From positions 87,970-151,969 of the forward strand of contig NIVC01002298.1 in assembly GCA_002269645.1 (NCBI GenBank): a stretch of 64,000 nt of DNA, in the 5' to 3' direction. A model generated the notes under the pieces. That model was not told the DNA's origin. It worked only from the letters and a program-made list of their open reading frames with translations, and did no database searches. A program made the translations under genes and the position numbers. Position 1 is the stretch's first letter; each line of letters opens with the position of its first letter. This stretch comes from Macrostomum lignano. Its lineage: Eukaryota. This document shows, in pieces, positions 1 to 13,481 of this stretch.

Positions 1-769
1 GGCCTTCAAATTCAAACTGCGGACCATAGGCGGGATTGGGGGGGGCAATTTTCTGCAGCACGGTTACGGCGTGGGATAAAAATCCCCTCGCATCCATCCT
101 GAATCCCCCCTCCGATGTCAAGAATTCAGGAAGGGCGGGCGTGCACAGAAAAGTCTTTAGGGAAGAGAATGGGCTGAGAGTGTGGGAGGCAGAGTCTTGA
201 GTCGCTGGAGTGAGATGGCTGGGGGGGTCGGGTCGATTTTTTATTCTCCCACTCAAACCAGCCCTTCCCACTTTGAGGACGGCGCCCGGAAGTGCCTAAT
301 TGCCTTTGCCAATTCAGCGGAAGTCGCTTTTGGATTTTTTTCCTGACTCAACTTCCTAAGGGGATACGGCGCTGTCGTGTTGGGTGGCGATATTCAAGAG
401 TTCAATATCAGTGGGATACAACTCCAGTAATTCTATTTTGGCATATGAAAGCTTCAGGGAACTGTCGAATTTGGGAATCAACGGATTCGGATTTTGCAGA
501 CTAAAAGCAATGCGCGATCCTGACAGTCAGATAGAGGCACATTTGCTTGGCCGCGGTGATGTTTGAACAGGCCTTTTTAAAAGATAATATCTGCATTAGT
601 TAAGCATCTAAACAGCCTGCAGTAGATTGTTTGGATTTATCCGGCTTTTTCATGCAAACTGTTTGTTATAATTAAACAAATCGCGGCCGTGATGCGGTTG
701 CCTTGTTTATTAATCTGCTGCTTGGTGACAGTCTGGGGAGTCAATCGAGCTGCTCTGTATCCGGGCTGC

Positions 770-1218
770 GATGGGGAGAGGGGAGAGAGAGGAGAGATGG
801 GATAGAGGAGAGAGGGGAGACAGGGGAGAGAGGGAATAGAGGTAAGAGAGGAGAGAGGAGAGACGGGAGAGAGGGGAGAGAGGGAATAGAGGGAAGAGAG
901 GAGAGAGGGGAGAGAGGGGATGGGGAGAGGGGAGAGAGAAGATGGAGGGGAGAGAGGGGAGAGAGGGGAGATAGGGGATAGAGGGGATAGAGGGGAGACA
1001 GGGGAGAGAGAGTAGAGAGGAAAGAGAGGAGAGAGAGAAGAGAGAAGAGAGGAGAGAGGAGAGAGGAGAGAGGGTAGAGAGGGGATAAAGAGGGGAGGGG
1101 GGAGAGGAGAGTGGAGAGAGAGGGGATAGAGGGGGGAGGGGGATAAAGAGGGGAGAGAGGGAGAGAGGGGAGAGGGGAGACAGGGGATTGAGGGAAGAGG
1201 GGAGAGGGGAAGAGAAGG
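770..1218 (+). repeat. GA-rich polypurine low-complexity tract (GAGAG/GGGGA motifs)
   Basis: Almost only G and A on the + strand; ORF 703-981 is its artefactual translation. Confidence 0.9.
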
Positions 1219-2244
1219 TTAGCCGGGACTTTCTTAGTGCAAGAGGTGCTGACGATTCAGGATTTAATAAACTTCTCCGAGCTGAAACCTGAAAGCTGAT
1301 TTGAACTTGGAAAAAGCATAAATGGATGAGTAAATGTAGAAATGGGACTGAGGCTTGCAGTATTCAGAGCTGGAGGCATGGAGTGAAGTCGGCGAGAAGG
1401 GTGCGGAGCGCAGGAGGCAACAGCAGAAGGCTCAGGTCAGCCTGGACAAGCAAGACGTGACATTTGCTGTCAAGCTTGGCCTGAGCCTTCAAACTCAAAA
1501 TCTCAATGGCCACAATTTTTTCTTGAATGTTCAAAAAACTGGCGCAGCAATTAAGAAAGAAAATTAATTAATTGCTAATGCCTCTTTCCTGGGCTGTGCC
1601 GGTCAGGCCGAGCTGACAGCCGCGCGTGCCTGCCTGACAAAAGGGGTGCAGAGCGCAAAAAAGCATAAATAATTATGTGTATGCGTAGATGAAAATGCAA
1701 TTCAATTTTGCCTTCTGCGCGATTAATTCTATCTTTCTCTCTGGCTGTCTTTTGTATTCCAACATCAATTTCTTCCATCTGGGAGGCAGGGAGGGCTGCC
1801 CGCGATTGTTGCTGGGTATCGGCCTGGTACTCTATTCAATTGAATGTGCTCGACATTGTTTGGCAAACTCGAAACGTAATTAATTTTTTCCAAGGCAGGT
1901 GGATGCAGAGAGCGCGAAAGATTTGGCATTTTTCTCTGCTTGCTTTTTGGAGTCGAGTCATGGAAAATGGAATTGAGATTCCAGCTGGGACTCGCTGCCC
2001 CATTGGTTGCTCAGCTGGGAGAGGACCTGGGACTCATCTGAGAGAGAGTTTCTGGAAATCTTCTGGAATTCCCAACTGCTACTCAAGGTAAATTCGCTCA
2101 GCACCAGAGATTCTCCGTTGGAGATTCCCCTCCCCCCAGATTCTCCACGGGATTTACCTTTGAGATTCTCGTCCGAGACTCTTCTCTGATTCTTTCCCCA
2201 CAAAAATATCCCCCATAGAAATTCTCCCTTGTTATTAGAAATCA

Positions 2245-2500
2245 CCCCTCATAGAAACCCCCACCCATAGAAATCCCCCCATAGAAATCCCCATAGAGAC
2301 CCCCACCCATAGAAATCTCCCCATAGAAATCCCCATAGAAACCCCCACCCATAGAAATCCCCCATAGAGACCCCACTCATAGAAATTCTCCCTCATAGAA
2401 ATTCTCCCCTGCCATTAGAATTCTCCCCCCATAGAAGCCCCCCAGCCATAGAAATTTTCGCCTATAGAAATTCTCCTCCCCAGAATTCTCCCCCTGGAAT
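2245..2500 (+). repeat. Degenerate minisatellite, core ccccatagaaat(c)
   Basis: More than 10 imperfect copies of cccatagaaa are visible. Confidence 0.75.
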
Positions 2501-3339
2501 TTCCGCTTCAGGTTCTCTCTCTACATTCTCCACCGAGATTCTCCCTTACTGAGAAAAACCTCATAGATCCTCATTCCGAGGCACCAACTTGAGATTCTCT
2601 CTCCCATGAGATCTCTTAATGCAGACATTCCCCCCCCCCACTCTGAGTAGCGATAAGTTTTCGAGACTCTCCGTCGCCCACCAACCATGCATCAATCTTC
2701 TACCTGCTAATTAGCAGTAATGAGGCGGACCACAGGCAATTTAGCTAAGTAGTGGCCGGTGCCGTGTCGTCTCCAGAGTCGGATTTGAGAGCCGCGCGGC
2801 CCGGGCCAGATTTGCAATTAAAACAATTGCCTTCAACCACCCCCCCAGCCCGTGCAATCACAATCACAAAGTATATCAGCGCAGATAGGGCGGGCCGCAG
2901 CCGTGCGCATTAAATAAATTGAAGCCCCAGCCCCCATCAAGCTGAGTGAGGCAATTCTTTTTAAAACTTTTGATTTGCCGCGCGCCGCCCGTCCCCCCAT
3001 GCGAGAGGCTGCAATTTAATTAAAAATAATTAATTGTCCCACTCCGCGAGCCGGTAGGTCAGTAGTATAGTCCGGTCTAGTAGTACGAGTGGTAGAAATG
3101 TTTACAATATTCAGGGACGGTTGGATGCCTTGGATGTCTGGATTGGAAAGCGGTACAATATAAGGAGGCCTTCCAAATTGTTCAAACAAGACTACAAGAG
3201 ATACGAGCGTAGCTGGTAGCTTGCGCTCTAAAATTTGAAGACATTTAAACTTTAATTTTTTTATTCAGCTAAGCAAGGAGCGGCAGCTAAAGATATATTA
3301 AAGATCTTTAAACATCTCCTGGAGGAAAGAGGCAAAAAT

Positions 3340-3465
3340 GAAGAGGGGAGAGAGGAGAGATGAGAGGGGAGAGAGAAGAGAGGAGAGAGGAGAAAGGAAA
3401 GAGGAGAGAGTAGGGAAGAGAGACCAGAGGGGAGAGAGGAGAGTGGAGAGGAGAGAAGAGACAAG
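3340..3465 (+). repeat. GA-rich low-complexity tract
   Basis: (GA)n/(GGAGA)n-like purine run. Confidence 0.8.
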
Positions 3466-4136
3466 AGAAACGTTCGCTGACCCCAGAGCTAGAGAAGCAG
3501 CATTGTCAAGTGCCGGCTTCCAGTCCGGGTGGGCAGCAAAAGAGGTCCTGGCAAAAACTGACAGCTATAAAAAGCCAGACTCAAATAAGAACGCGTGCTG
3601 TTGTGGACAGAAAAATTTAATTAATACCCTCCTCTCCCCTTGCCGAGGCGTGTTTTGTTTTTGCATACATTGTTTGGCTTTGGGCGGGCAGCCCCCGCGC
3701 TCAACTGCCGCCCTCAGCAGCTGATTTAGCTAACTTGTCAATTATTTAGCATTTAATTTATTTAGCCGGAGGGGCGGCTTAAGCGATTTTAACTTTATTG
3801 CTGAGTCCCTCCCTGCAGGTTTCTCTACTTAATAATTTATGCACTTTAATTTCGTCAGCTGGGGGGGGGGCGGTAGGCATGGGCTGTGCTAAACCCGCCC
3901 AGCCTGATACGGCCCAATTTGACTAGCTTGGGCATATCAAAACATTTCGCCTAATTACACAGTCAGTCACTTTTTTATGCCCTGGGTTGTATAAACTGCA
4001 GAGCGGAATGATGGGGGTTACATGACCATTATTTATTAGACATCATTGCGTAATATTTGCGATTATGGCGAGCTCAGAGTTGAACTCAGTGTTTTAGATA
4101 TTGCTGTTACAGCTTACTGATTACTGCTGATCTACA

Positions 4137-6280
4137 GATCTAGAAGAAGCATGATCTAGAAATCAAGAGGAAGCATGATTTAGAGATCTAGAGGAAGCAT
4201 GATCTAGAGATCTAGAGGAAGCATGATCTAGAGATCTAGAGGAAGCATGATCTAGAGATCTAGAGGAAGCATGATCTAGAGATCTAGAGGAAGCATGATC
4301 TAGAGATCTAGAGGAAGCATGATCTAGAGATCTAGAGGAAGCATGATCTAGAGATCTAGAGGAAGCATGATCTAGAGATCTAGAGGAAGCATGATCTAGA
4401 AATCAAGAGGAAGCATGATCTAGAGATCTAGAGGAAGCATGATCTAGAGATCTAGAGGAAGCATGATCTAGAGATCTAGAGGAAGCATGATCTAGAGATC
4501 TAGAGGAAGCATGATTTAGAGATCTAGAGGAAGCATGATCTAGAAATCAAGAGGAAGCATGATCTAGAGATCTAGAGGAAGCATGATCTAGAGATCTAGA
4601 GGAAGCATGATCTAGAGATCTAGAGGAAGCATGATCTAGAGATCTAGAGGAAGCATGATTTAGAGATCTAGAGGAAGCATGATTTAGAGATCTAGACGAA
4701 GCATGATCTAGAAATCAAGAGGAAGCATGATCTAGAGATCTAGAGGAAGCATGATCTAGAGATCTAGAGGAAGCATGATTTAGAGATCTAGACGAAGCAT
4801 GATCTAGAAATCAAGAGGAAGCATGATCTAGAGATCTAGAGGAAGCATGATCTAGAGATCTAGAGGAAGCATGATCTAGAGATCTAGAGGAAGCATTATT
4901 TAGAGATCTAGAGGAAGCATGATTTAGAGATCTAGACGAAGCATGATCTAGAAATCAAGAGGAAGCATGATCTAGAAATCAAGAGGAAGCATGATCTAGA
5001 GATCTAGAGGAAGCATGATCTAGAGATCTAGAGGAAGCATGATCTAGAGATCTAGAGGAAGCATGATCTAGAGATCTAGAGGAAGCATGATTTAGAGATC
5101 TAGAGGAAGCATGATTTAGAGATCTAGACGAAGCATGATCTAGAAATCAAGAGGAAGCATGATCTAGAGATCTAGAGGAAGCATGATCTAGAGATCTAGA
5201 GGAAGCATGATCTAGAGATCTAGAGGAAGCATGATTTAGAGATCTAGACGAAGCATGATCTAGAAATCAAGAGGAAGCATGATCTAGAGATCTAGAGGAA
5301 GCATGATCTAGAGATCTAGAGGAAGCATGATCTAGAGATCTAGAGGAAGCATTATTTAGAGATCTAGACGAAGCATGATTTAGAGATCTAAAGGAAGCAT
5401 GATCTAGAAATCAAGAGGAAGCATGATTTAGAGATCTAGAGGAAGCATGATCTAGAGACCTAGAGGAAGCATGATCTAGAGATCAAGAGGAAGCATGATC
5501 TAGAGACCTAGAGGAAGCATGATCTAGAGATCTAGAGGAAGCATGATCTAGAGACCTAGAGGAAGCATGATCTAGAGATCTAGAAGAAGCATGATCTAGA
5601 GATCTAGAGGAAGCATGATCTAGAGATCTAGAAGAAGCATGATCTAGAGATCTAGAGGAAGCATGATCTAGAGATCTAGAGGAAGCATGATCTAGAGATC
5701 AAGAGGAAGCATGATCTAGAGATCAAGAGGAAGCATGATCTAGAGATCTAGAGGAAGCATGATCTAGAGATCAAGAGGAAGCATGATTTAGAGATCTAGA
5801 GGAAGCATGATTTAGAGATCTAGAGGAAGCATGATCTAGAGATCTAGAGGAAGCATGATTTAGAGATCTAGAGGAAGCATGATCTAGAGATCTAGAGGAA
5901 GCATGATCTAGAGATCAAGAGGAAGCATGATCTAGAGATCAAGAGGAAGCATGATCTAGAGATCTAGAGGAAGCATGATCTAGAGATCAAGAGGAAGCAT
6001 GATTTAGAGATCTAGAGGAAGCATGATCTAGAGATCTAGAGGAAGCATGATCTAGAGATCAAGAGGAAGCATGATCTAGAGATCAAGAGGAAGCATGATC
6101 TAGAGATCTAGAGGAAGCATGATCTAGAGATCAAGAGGAAGCATGATTTAGAGATCTAGAGGAAGCATGATTTAGAGATCTAGAGGAAGCATGATCTAGA
6201 GATCTAGAGGAAGCATGATCTAGAGATCTAGAGGAAGCATGATTTAGAGATCAAGAGCAAGTACGATCTAGAGATCTAGA
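4137..6280 (+). repeat. 24-bp tandem array (gaggaagcatgatctagagatcta), about 88 copies
   Basis: 24-bp period read directly; recurrent variants (aaatcaag, gattta, gacgaag). Confidence 0.97.
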
Positions 6281-7139
6281 CAGAAACTCGATACAGAGAT
6301 CAAGCGATCCGGTGGTTACGCAAGGGAGAAACTCAGTCTTGATCTGGAGAAATCTAGAGATCCAGATATCAAGGAAATGGACCTAGACGTCTGGAAGAAA
6401 AGGTGATCTAGAGTTGTATACAGGAGGAAAGCAGGCATCTAAAGGCCTATAACTACCAGTGCAAGGTAAACTCGATAAACTAAGGAAATCCTTACATGCA
6501 CATGGTTTTATTTGGCAAGCAGAGCAGTCGCCCCCCCCCCACTCAAATTTCAGTAAAACTCCAAGCACTGAGCTGCCTGTACCACAGGTGTGCAAGTGCC
6601 CGGCCCAGCCCGTGTGAAAGTGGAGGGTGACGCGGCTTAGCCCCGTGTAAGTAGCCCCCCCCCTCGCCCGAGCTGTTGAGGAGTTCTTGCCCGGCAAGTG
6701 AAGGCAGTCAAACAGAACTATAACAGCTGTTGATTTTGGCGAAGTGTGCTCTGGGGGGTATTGTGTGCTCACGTGCAGCTTAGGGTGGATGAGGCATGAG
6801 CTGCATAAACTCAAGAAAACAGAACAGCTGTAGAGTGCTACGAGCGTATGGGAAAACATGTGAATGGAAAATGAGAACGTGTTTTGAGAATAATGGACAG
6901 ATTTCGATTTCGATATCAACAGTTGCTTTGCGATTGTGAGATCTGCTTCGGGTTTGCGATTACAGTGACACTTAAACTGTTGTCTTGCAGGGTGGAGGCT
7001 GGGGCTCTGTCTGTTTGCTCATCTATCGGGATCAAGTGAGCTCAGCATAAAATGGAGCTTGGCAATCTAAAAAGCAAAGTCTGGATTGCTCACTTTTAAA
7101 AATTCTTTGCAGCATAGAAAAAGAAGTAATTGAAGGGAG

Positions 7140-7760
7140 TGCTAGAAAGGAGTGGTCTAGATCTCTGAATCTCTAGATCATGCTGCCTTTAGATCTCTAG
7201 ATCATGCTGCCTTTAGATCTCTGAATCTCTAGATCATGCTGCCTTTAGATCTCTAGATCATGCTTCCTTTAGATCTCTGAATCTCTAGATCATGCTTTCT
7301 ATTGATCTATAGATCATGCTTCCTCTAGATCTCTACATATAGAGAGGAGTGCTAGAAAAGAGTGCTAGAAAGAGTGCTAGAAAGAGTGCTAGAAAGAGTG
7401 CTAGAAAAGAGTGCTAGAAAGAGTGCTAGAAAAGAGTGCTAGAAAGAGTGCTAGAAAAGAGTGCTACAAAGGAGTGCTCTAGATCTCTGAATCTCTAGAT
7501 CATGCTGCCTTTAGATCTCTGAATCTCTAGATCATGCTGCCTTTAGATCTCTAGATCATGCTTCCTTTAGATCTTGAATCTCTAGATCATGCTTTCTATT
7601 GATCTATAGATCATACTTCCTCTAGATCTCAACATGTAGAAAGGAGAGCTAGAAAGAGTGCTAGAAAGAGTGCTAGAAAGAGTGCTAGAAAGAGTGCTAC
7701 AAAGAGTGCTAGAAAAGAGTGCTAGACAGAGTGCTAGAAAGAGTGCTAGAAAAGAGTGCC
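7140..7760 (-). repeat. Compound block: inverted copies of the 24-bp unit (about 7159-7335, 7479-7632) alternating with a 12-13-bp gagtgctagaaa(a) array
   Basis: agatcatgcttcctctagatctc is the reverse complement of the 4137-6280 unit; the composite block is duplicated. Confidence 0.85.
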
Positions 7761-8344
7761 ATGCTGGAGTGGGTGCCGCAGGTACCTTAACAGTATGTCA
7801 GAGCAGCAGCAGACCAGGTGAATATTTGGCTCTGCATAAATTTCAAGCGGATCGACAGGCCGTAATTCTCCCCATTAAGCGACTATAATTGAGCGAGTGT
7901 TTTATTGAAGTGTTCTCGGCGTTCTAAGTCACTCGGCTGCCTCAGCCACTTAACTCTCACTTAAAAGAACTGGCAATCAAAAGTTTGGAGTTAATTGGCA
8001 AAATTGAATGAGTGCTGAGGGCCCCCGCGTGGCGCTCTGATTTCTGTACTCGGCAATTCCGTAAAAAGGAATTAATTCATCTCAAAAGTGGATTTAATCT
8101 CTCTCAAATATGGCAAATTAATTTGGACCCAGTTGATTATTTTTCTGCCAGGGTTCAAAGCAATCACAGATATTGGGCACTCGCATTCTAATTGCTCGGA
8201 TAAATTTAATTTAGATAATTACGAGTATAGCCAGGGGTTAGCGCACGTTGGGGAGCAAAGAAATAACAGAATTACCCGTGTTCTCTACTGCCAAGTAGAG
8301 TAGTTGGAGCGTTTAGCTTATCATATAAATCTGTCATAATAAAG

Positions 8345-9545
8345 GATTGTCACTGTCGGATTGTCACTGTTGGATCGTCACTGTTGGCTTGTCACTGTTG
8401 GATTGTCACTGTTGGATTGTTGCTGTTGGATTGTCACTGTTGGATTGTCACTGTTGGATTGTCACTGTTGGATTGTCACAGAAGGATTGTCACTGTTGGA
8501 TTGTCACTGTTGGATTGTCACAGAAGGATTGTCACTGTTGGATTGTCACTGTTGGATTGTCACTGTTGGATTGTCACAGAAGGATTGTAACTGTTGGATT
8601 GTCACTGTTGGATTGTCATTGTTGGCTTGTCACTGTTGGATTGTCACTGTTGGATTGTTGCTGTTGGATTGTCACTGTTGGATTGTCACTGTTGGATTGT
8701 CACTGTTGGATTGTCACAGAAGGATTGTCACTGTTGGATTGTCACTGTTGGATTGTCACAGAAGGATTGTCACTGTTGGATTGTCACTGTTGGATTGTCA
8801 CTGTTGGATTGTCACTGATGGCTTGTCACTGATGGATTGTCAATGTTGGATTGTCACAGAAGGATTGTAACTGTTGGATTGTCACAGATGGATTGTCAAT
8901 GTTGGATTGTCATTGTTGGCTTGTCACTGTTGGATTGTCACTGTTGGATTATCACTGTTGGATTGTCACTGTTGGATTGTCACAGAAGGATTGTCACTGT
9001 TGGATTGTTGCTGTTGGATTGTCACTGTTGGATTGTCACAGAAGGATTATCACTGTTGGCTTGTCACTGTTGGATTGTCACTGTCGGCTTGTCACAGAAG
9101 GATTGTCACTGTTGGATTGTCACTGTTGGATTGTCACAGATGGATTGTCACTGTTGGATTGTCACTGTTGGATTGTCACTGTTGGATTGTCACTGTTGGA
9201 TTGTCACAGAAGGATTGTCACTGTTGGATTGTCACTGTTGGATTGTCACTGTTGGATTGTCACTGTTGGATTGTCACTGTTGGATTGTCACTGTTGGATT
9301 GTCACTGTTGGATTGTCACTGTTGGATTGTCACTGTTGGATTGTCACTGTTGGCTTGTCACTGTTGGATTGTCACTGTTGGCTTGTCACAGATGGATTGT
9401 CACTGTTGGATTGTCACTGTTGGATTGTCACTGTTGGATTATCACAGAAGGATTGTCACTGATGGATTGTCACTGTTGGATTGTCACTGATGGATTGTCA
9501 CAGATGGATTGTCACAGTTGGATTGTCACTGATGGCTTGTCACTG
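8345..9545 (+). repeat. 14-bp tandem array (ttggattgtcactg), about 85 copies
   Basis: Clear periodicity; all three frames give the same CHCWIVTVGLSLLD pseudo-peptide, as expected for a unit not divisible by 3. Confidence 0.97.
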
Positions 9546-10229
9546 CGATCAATACAGCTGAGCTAAATGTTTATTTTGGCTTTATTTTGCTTCAATCAGC
9601 TAGTGCTGGCTGTGGTCCTGCATGAAGCAGCATAATATTCCTCGAGTCGGAACATTACTGTGCGAGCCATGCCATGCCGATGTTCGGTGTATAAACATTC
9701 GCATGCATTGAAGGCGAGTTCAAGTGCAGCGTGCACTGCAGTCTGTTGGGATGCATTTGTTCCTCTGCAGATCAGCGTATTATAGCAATATTTTGTCAGC
9801 CCCCAAGCCCGTGCGGACGAAAAAGGCAATTAATTTGATTTTCTGTTTCCAGTTGCAGAAATCCGAACCGAGGCGGCCCTGCATTTGCGGGGGCGCCGGC
9901 CTCCACCTTGTGCAGTGGCTTTGCTTTCCCTTATTTTGCTTGCGCGGCATTGGCGGCGTGCGGGCGAAATCTGAAGACGACCGCGAGTTGAAGGGATAAG
10001 TGTGACAGGAGCGAATGGGATCTGGTAATGGGATAATTGTGACAGGAGCGAATGGGATCTGCTAATGGGGATATGTTTAACGATTGGTCAGAACAATTAG
10101 AGTTTCACCAAACTTTCTTGGCAGAGGGAGTGCAAAGTTGCAACGATTTTGCAAATGTACTTTCATCTTGTGTGTAAATGCAACATCTTGATTTTTTGTT
10201 GCTTTTGTTGTTTAAATGATTGGCGATGC

Positions 10230-10865
10230 GTGTCTAACAGTTGCTGAATGTCGTGTCCAACAGTTGCTTAATGTGTCTCTAACAGTTGCTTAATGTCGTG
10301 TCTAACAGTTGCTTAATGTCGTGTCTAACAGTTGCTTAATGTCGTGTCTAACAGTTGCTTTAAAGTCGTGTCTAACAGTTGCTTAATGTCGTGTCTAACA
10401 GTTGCTTTGATGTCGTGTCTAACAGTTGCTTAATGTCGTGTCTAACAGTTGCTTAATGTCGTGTCTAACAGTTGCTTAATGTCGTGTCTAACAGTTGCTT
10501 AATGTCGTGTCTAACAGTTGCTTTAAAGTCGTGTCTAACAGTTGCTTAATGTCGTGTCTAACAGTTGCTTTAATTTCGTGTCTAACAGTTGCTTAATGTC
10601 GTGTCTAACAGTTTCTTTAATTTCGTGTCTAACAGTTGCTTTAATTTCGTGTCTAACAGTTGCTTTAATGTCGTGTCTAACAGTTGCTTTGATGTCGTGT
10701 CTAACAGTTGCTTAATGTCGTGTCTAACAGTTGCTTAATGTCGTGTCTAACAGAGAATCATGGCTGTATCTAACAGCTGTTTAATATCGTGTCTAACAGG
10801 TGTTAAATGTCGTGTCTAACAGCTGTTTAATGTCGTGTCTAACAGAGGATCATGGCTGTGTCTAA
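10230..10865 (+). repeat. 23-24-bp tandem array (tctaacagttgcttaatgtcgtg)
   Basis: About 26 copies read directly. Confidence 0.95.
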
Positions 10866-11305
10866 CAGGTGATGATTTTGGTGTCTCAAAAACAGGGTAC
10901 TGCTTATGCCGAACAGGAAATGTGGGTGTCGCGTTCTGAAAGAGACGGTTGTGGCAGCTGACAGCCTTACAGCTCAGCTGCCTGCACCAACAGGTTTGAC
11001 AGTTCGAGAAAACCGACTTCACCCAACTTCCACAGAGAGTATCCAGGCTGACTCGTGAGTACAAAATGGAGTTTTCTTGTTTTCTTTGAGTAAATAGGAG
11101 GCCCTATTGTAGCGCGCTGAGCTTGAGCAGTCAATGCTGGTCTTGAGCACACTTATCCACTCCAGGATGCGGAGTGACAGTTGAGCAGAGTCAACAATTG
11201 CAATGTTTACCACATTTGCAGTTCCCAATACCGAAACAGTTAAAGATTAACCGGTATCTACCTGGCGTAACGACTAGACTAGCAATCCATCCTATTCTTG
11301 ATCTA

Positions 11306-12633
11306 CTTCGGCTGTCCGGAAAGTCGTGAGAATGTGTCAATTAAGTAAGAAAGCAGCAAGCTGTTGAGGTGGCACACAAAAATGTTCAATAATAGACTCA
11401 TATATGTCTATGGTGAAAATTCTTGTTATTCTAGTAGCAAAATTGGGGGCAGGGGCGAGCTCAGTATAAAGTGCTCAATAGCAAATGCAACGCGGTGATC
11501 AAGCTTGAAAATTTTGACAGCGAGTTCTTCAAAATGGAAGACTTCCAGGGTTATGCCTATGCTAGATACCGTCTTGGAATCTCCGCTCTCAGCTGCAATG
11601 ACGAGCTGCTCAAAGTTTATGGAGATGCTGCACCAGGTCAGTCAACGGTTTACAGATGGTATTCGAAGTTTCGTGACGATGCATTTCCCCCGGTCTCAGC
11701 TCCTCGGACTGGCCGGCCACGGTCAACAAGGACAGCGGAACTGATCGAAACCTGTCGAGCTCTTATTGAAGAGGATCCAAAAGTTAGTGTCCGAGACCTC
11801 GCTGACTTTTTGGAAGTTGGAAAAACAACAATGCACGAAATTTTGACTGAGATTTGCACCTTCGAAACGTTTCTGCTGTCTGGGTTCCGCATGCTCTATC
11901 CGAGGAGAACAAGACTGCTCGCATCAATTGTGCCAAGCAAATTCGCAGGCTTTTTTACGAGGGCATGGAAAACTTTTGTGACAAGTACGTTTTGGAGGAT
12001 GAGACATGGGTGATATACCTGAACAACACTGGCACAAAGCAAAACAACAGGTGCTGGCTTGGCCAAGGGGATCATCGGCCCCAGGTTGTCAGGCACTCAG
12101 TCGGCAATGCAAAGACAATGCTTCTGGTTGCTTTTACTCCAAACAAGCGCTTCTCCATTGAATCCACAGCCCCAAAGCAAACTGTTTATGCAAATGGCAT
12201 AGTTGAGTTCATTCGGCACACCGGAGACCTATGGCGTACTCTCAGGTCAAGGCCAATTCATCTGACAATGCGCGACCTCACGTGGCTCGTTCTGTGCAGC
12301 AGTACATGGAGTCCGTGGAGTTCAGCTGGTGTTTCAGAGTCCTTACAGCCCAGACTTCAATTTGTGCGACCGTTTTTTGTTCAGTTGGATGAAGACTGAT
12401 TTCTCCAGGCGAGTGTTCAGCGACCACAATGAAGTTCGAGAAGCTGTGTTGCAATGGGCAAGAGGCCTTGACGAAGATTGCTTGAAAAGAGAGGTTCAGC
12501 GACTCGTTGACCATTGCCAAGCTGTAATCAACGCAAGGGGAGATTACATTACCAACTAGTACAGTTATCGTGTTTTCTGATAGTTCTGACTGGTTTTTTA
12601 AATACATTCTCACGACTTTCCGGACGGACGGAG
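11306..12633 (+). mobile_element. Full-length mariner (Tc1/mariner, DD34D) DNA transposon, 1328 bp, transposase frameshifted
   Basis: Imperfect ~30-bp TIRs (cttcggctgtccggaaagtcgtgagaatgt vs revcomp of acattctcacgactttccggacggacggag) flanked by TA at 11304-5 and 12634-5. Transposase segments: HTH region, WVPHAL, EDETW, DNARPH, PYSPDF..CD, with 34 residues between the 2nd and 3rd Asp after frameshift repair. Confidence 0.95.
11471..12559 (+). pseudogene. Mariner transposase, split by frameshifts near 11854, 12263 and 12311
   Basis: ORFs 11471-12013, 11854-12399 and 12329-12559, plus an intervening frame reading DNARPHVARSVQQYMES. Confidence 0.88.
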
Positions 12634-12682
12634 TATCATTCTTCTTATTCTTCCTATTTCTTCCTTTCTTCCTAGAGTTCAT

Positions 12683-13481
12683 CTCCCCATCCACCGCAGA
12701 ACTGCACTCGGCCATAGACAATGAAGCCAGCCAGTTGGAGACTCCCCATCCGTCACAGAACTGCACTCGGCCATAGACAATGAAGCCAGCCAGTTGGAGA
12801 CTCCCCATCCGCCACAGAACTGCACTCCGCCATAGACAATGAAGCCAGCTAGTTGGAGACTCCCCATCCGCCACAGAACTGCACTCGGCCATAGACAATG
12901 AAGCCAGCCAGTTGAAGACTCCCCATCCGCCACAGAACTGCACTCGGCCATAGACAATGAAGCCAGCTAGTTGGAGACTCCCCATCCGCCACAGAACTGC
13001 ACTCGGCCATAGACAATGAAGCCAGCTAGTTGGAGACTCCCCATCCGCCACAGAACTGCACTCGGCCATAGACAATGAAGCCAGCCAGTTGGAGACTCCC
13101 CATCCGCCACAGAACTGCACTCGGCCATAGACAATGAAGCCAGCTAGTTGGAGACTCCCCATCCGCCACAGAACTGCACTCGGCCATAGACAATGAAGCC
13201 AGTCAGTTGGAGACTCCCCATCCGCCACAGAACTGCACTCGGCCATAGACAATGAAGCCAGTCAGTTGGAGACTCCCCATCCGCCACAGAACTGCACTCG
13301 GCCATAGACAATGAAGCCAGTCAGTTGGAGACTCCCCATCCGCCACAGAACTGCACTCGGCCATAGACAATGAAGCCAGCCAGTTGAAGACTCCCCATCC
13401 GCCACAGAACTGCACTCGGCCATAGACAATGAAGCCAGCCAGTTGGAGACTCCCCATCCGTCACAGAACTGCACTCGGCCA
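12683..13481 (+). repeat. 59-bp tandem array, about 13.5 copies
   Basis: Unit ccccatccgccacagaactgcactcggccatagacaatgaagccagccagttggagact; period confirmed at 12811/12870; no spacers. Confidence 0.97.

Noticed and set aside
1355-3330. Short exon-like stretches (1355-1567, about 3113-3215, about 3270-3340) and dense TAAT/TAATTA clusters
   Set aside because: No family match or coherent splice model; TAAT density is unremarkable without a background model.
8347-9566. Cys/Trp-rich ORFs (CHCWIVTVGLSLLD)n resembling a metal-binding repeat protein
   Set aside because: All three frames give the same peptide because the 14-bp unit is not a multiple of 3; no splice or start context.
12683-13481. 59-bp, 72-bp, 43-bp and 200-bp arrays as CRISPR
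   Set aside because: Head-to-tail units with no unique spacers, no cas genes, eukaryotic context.
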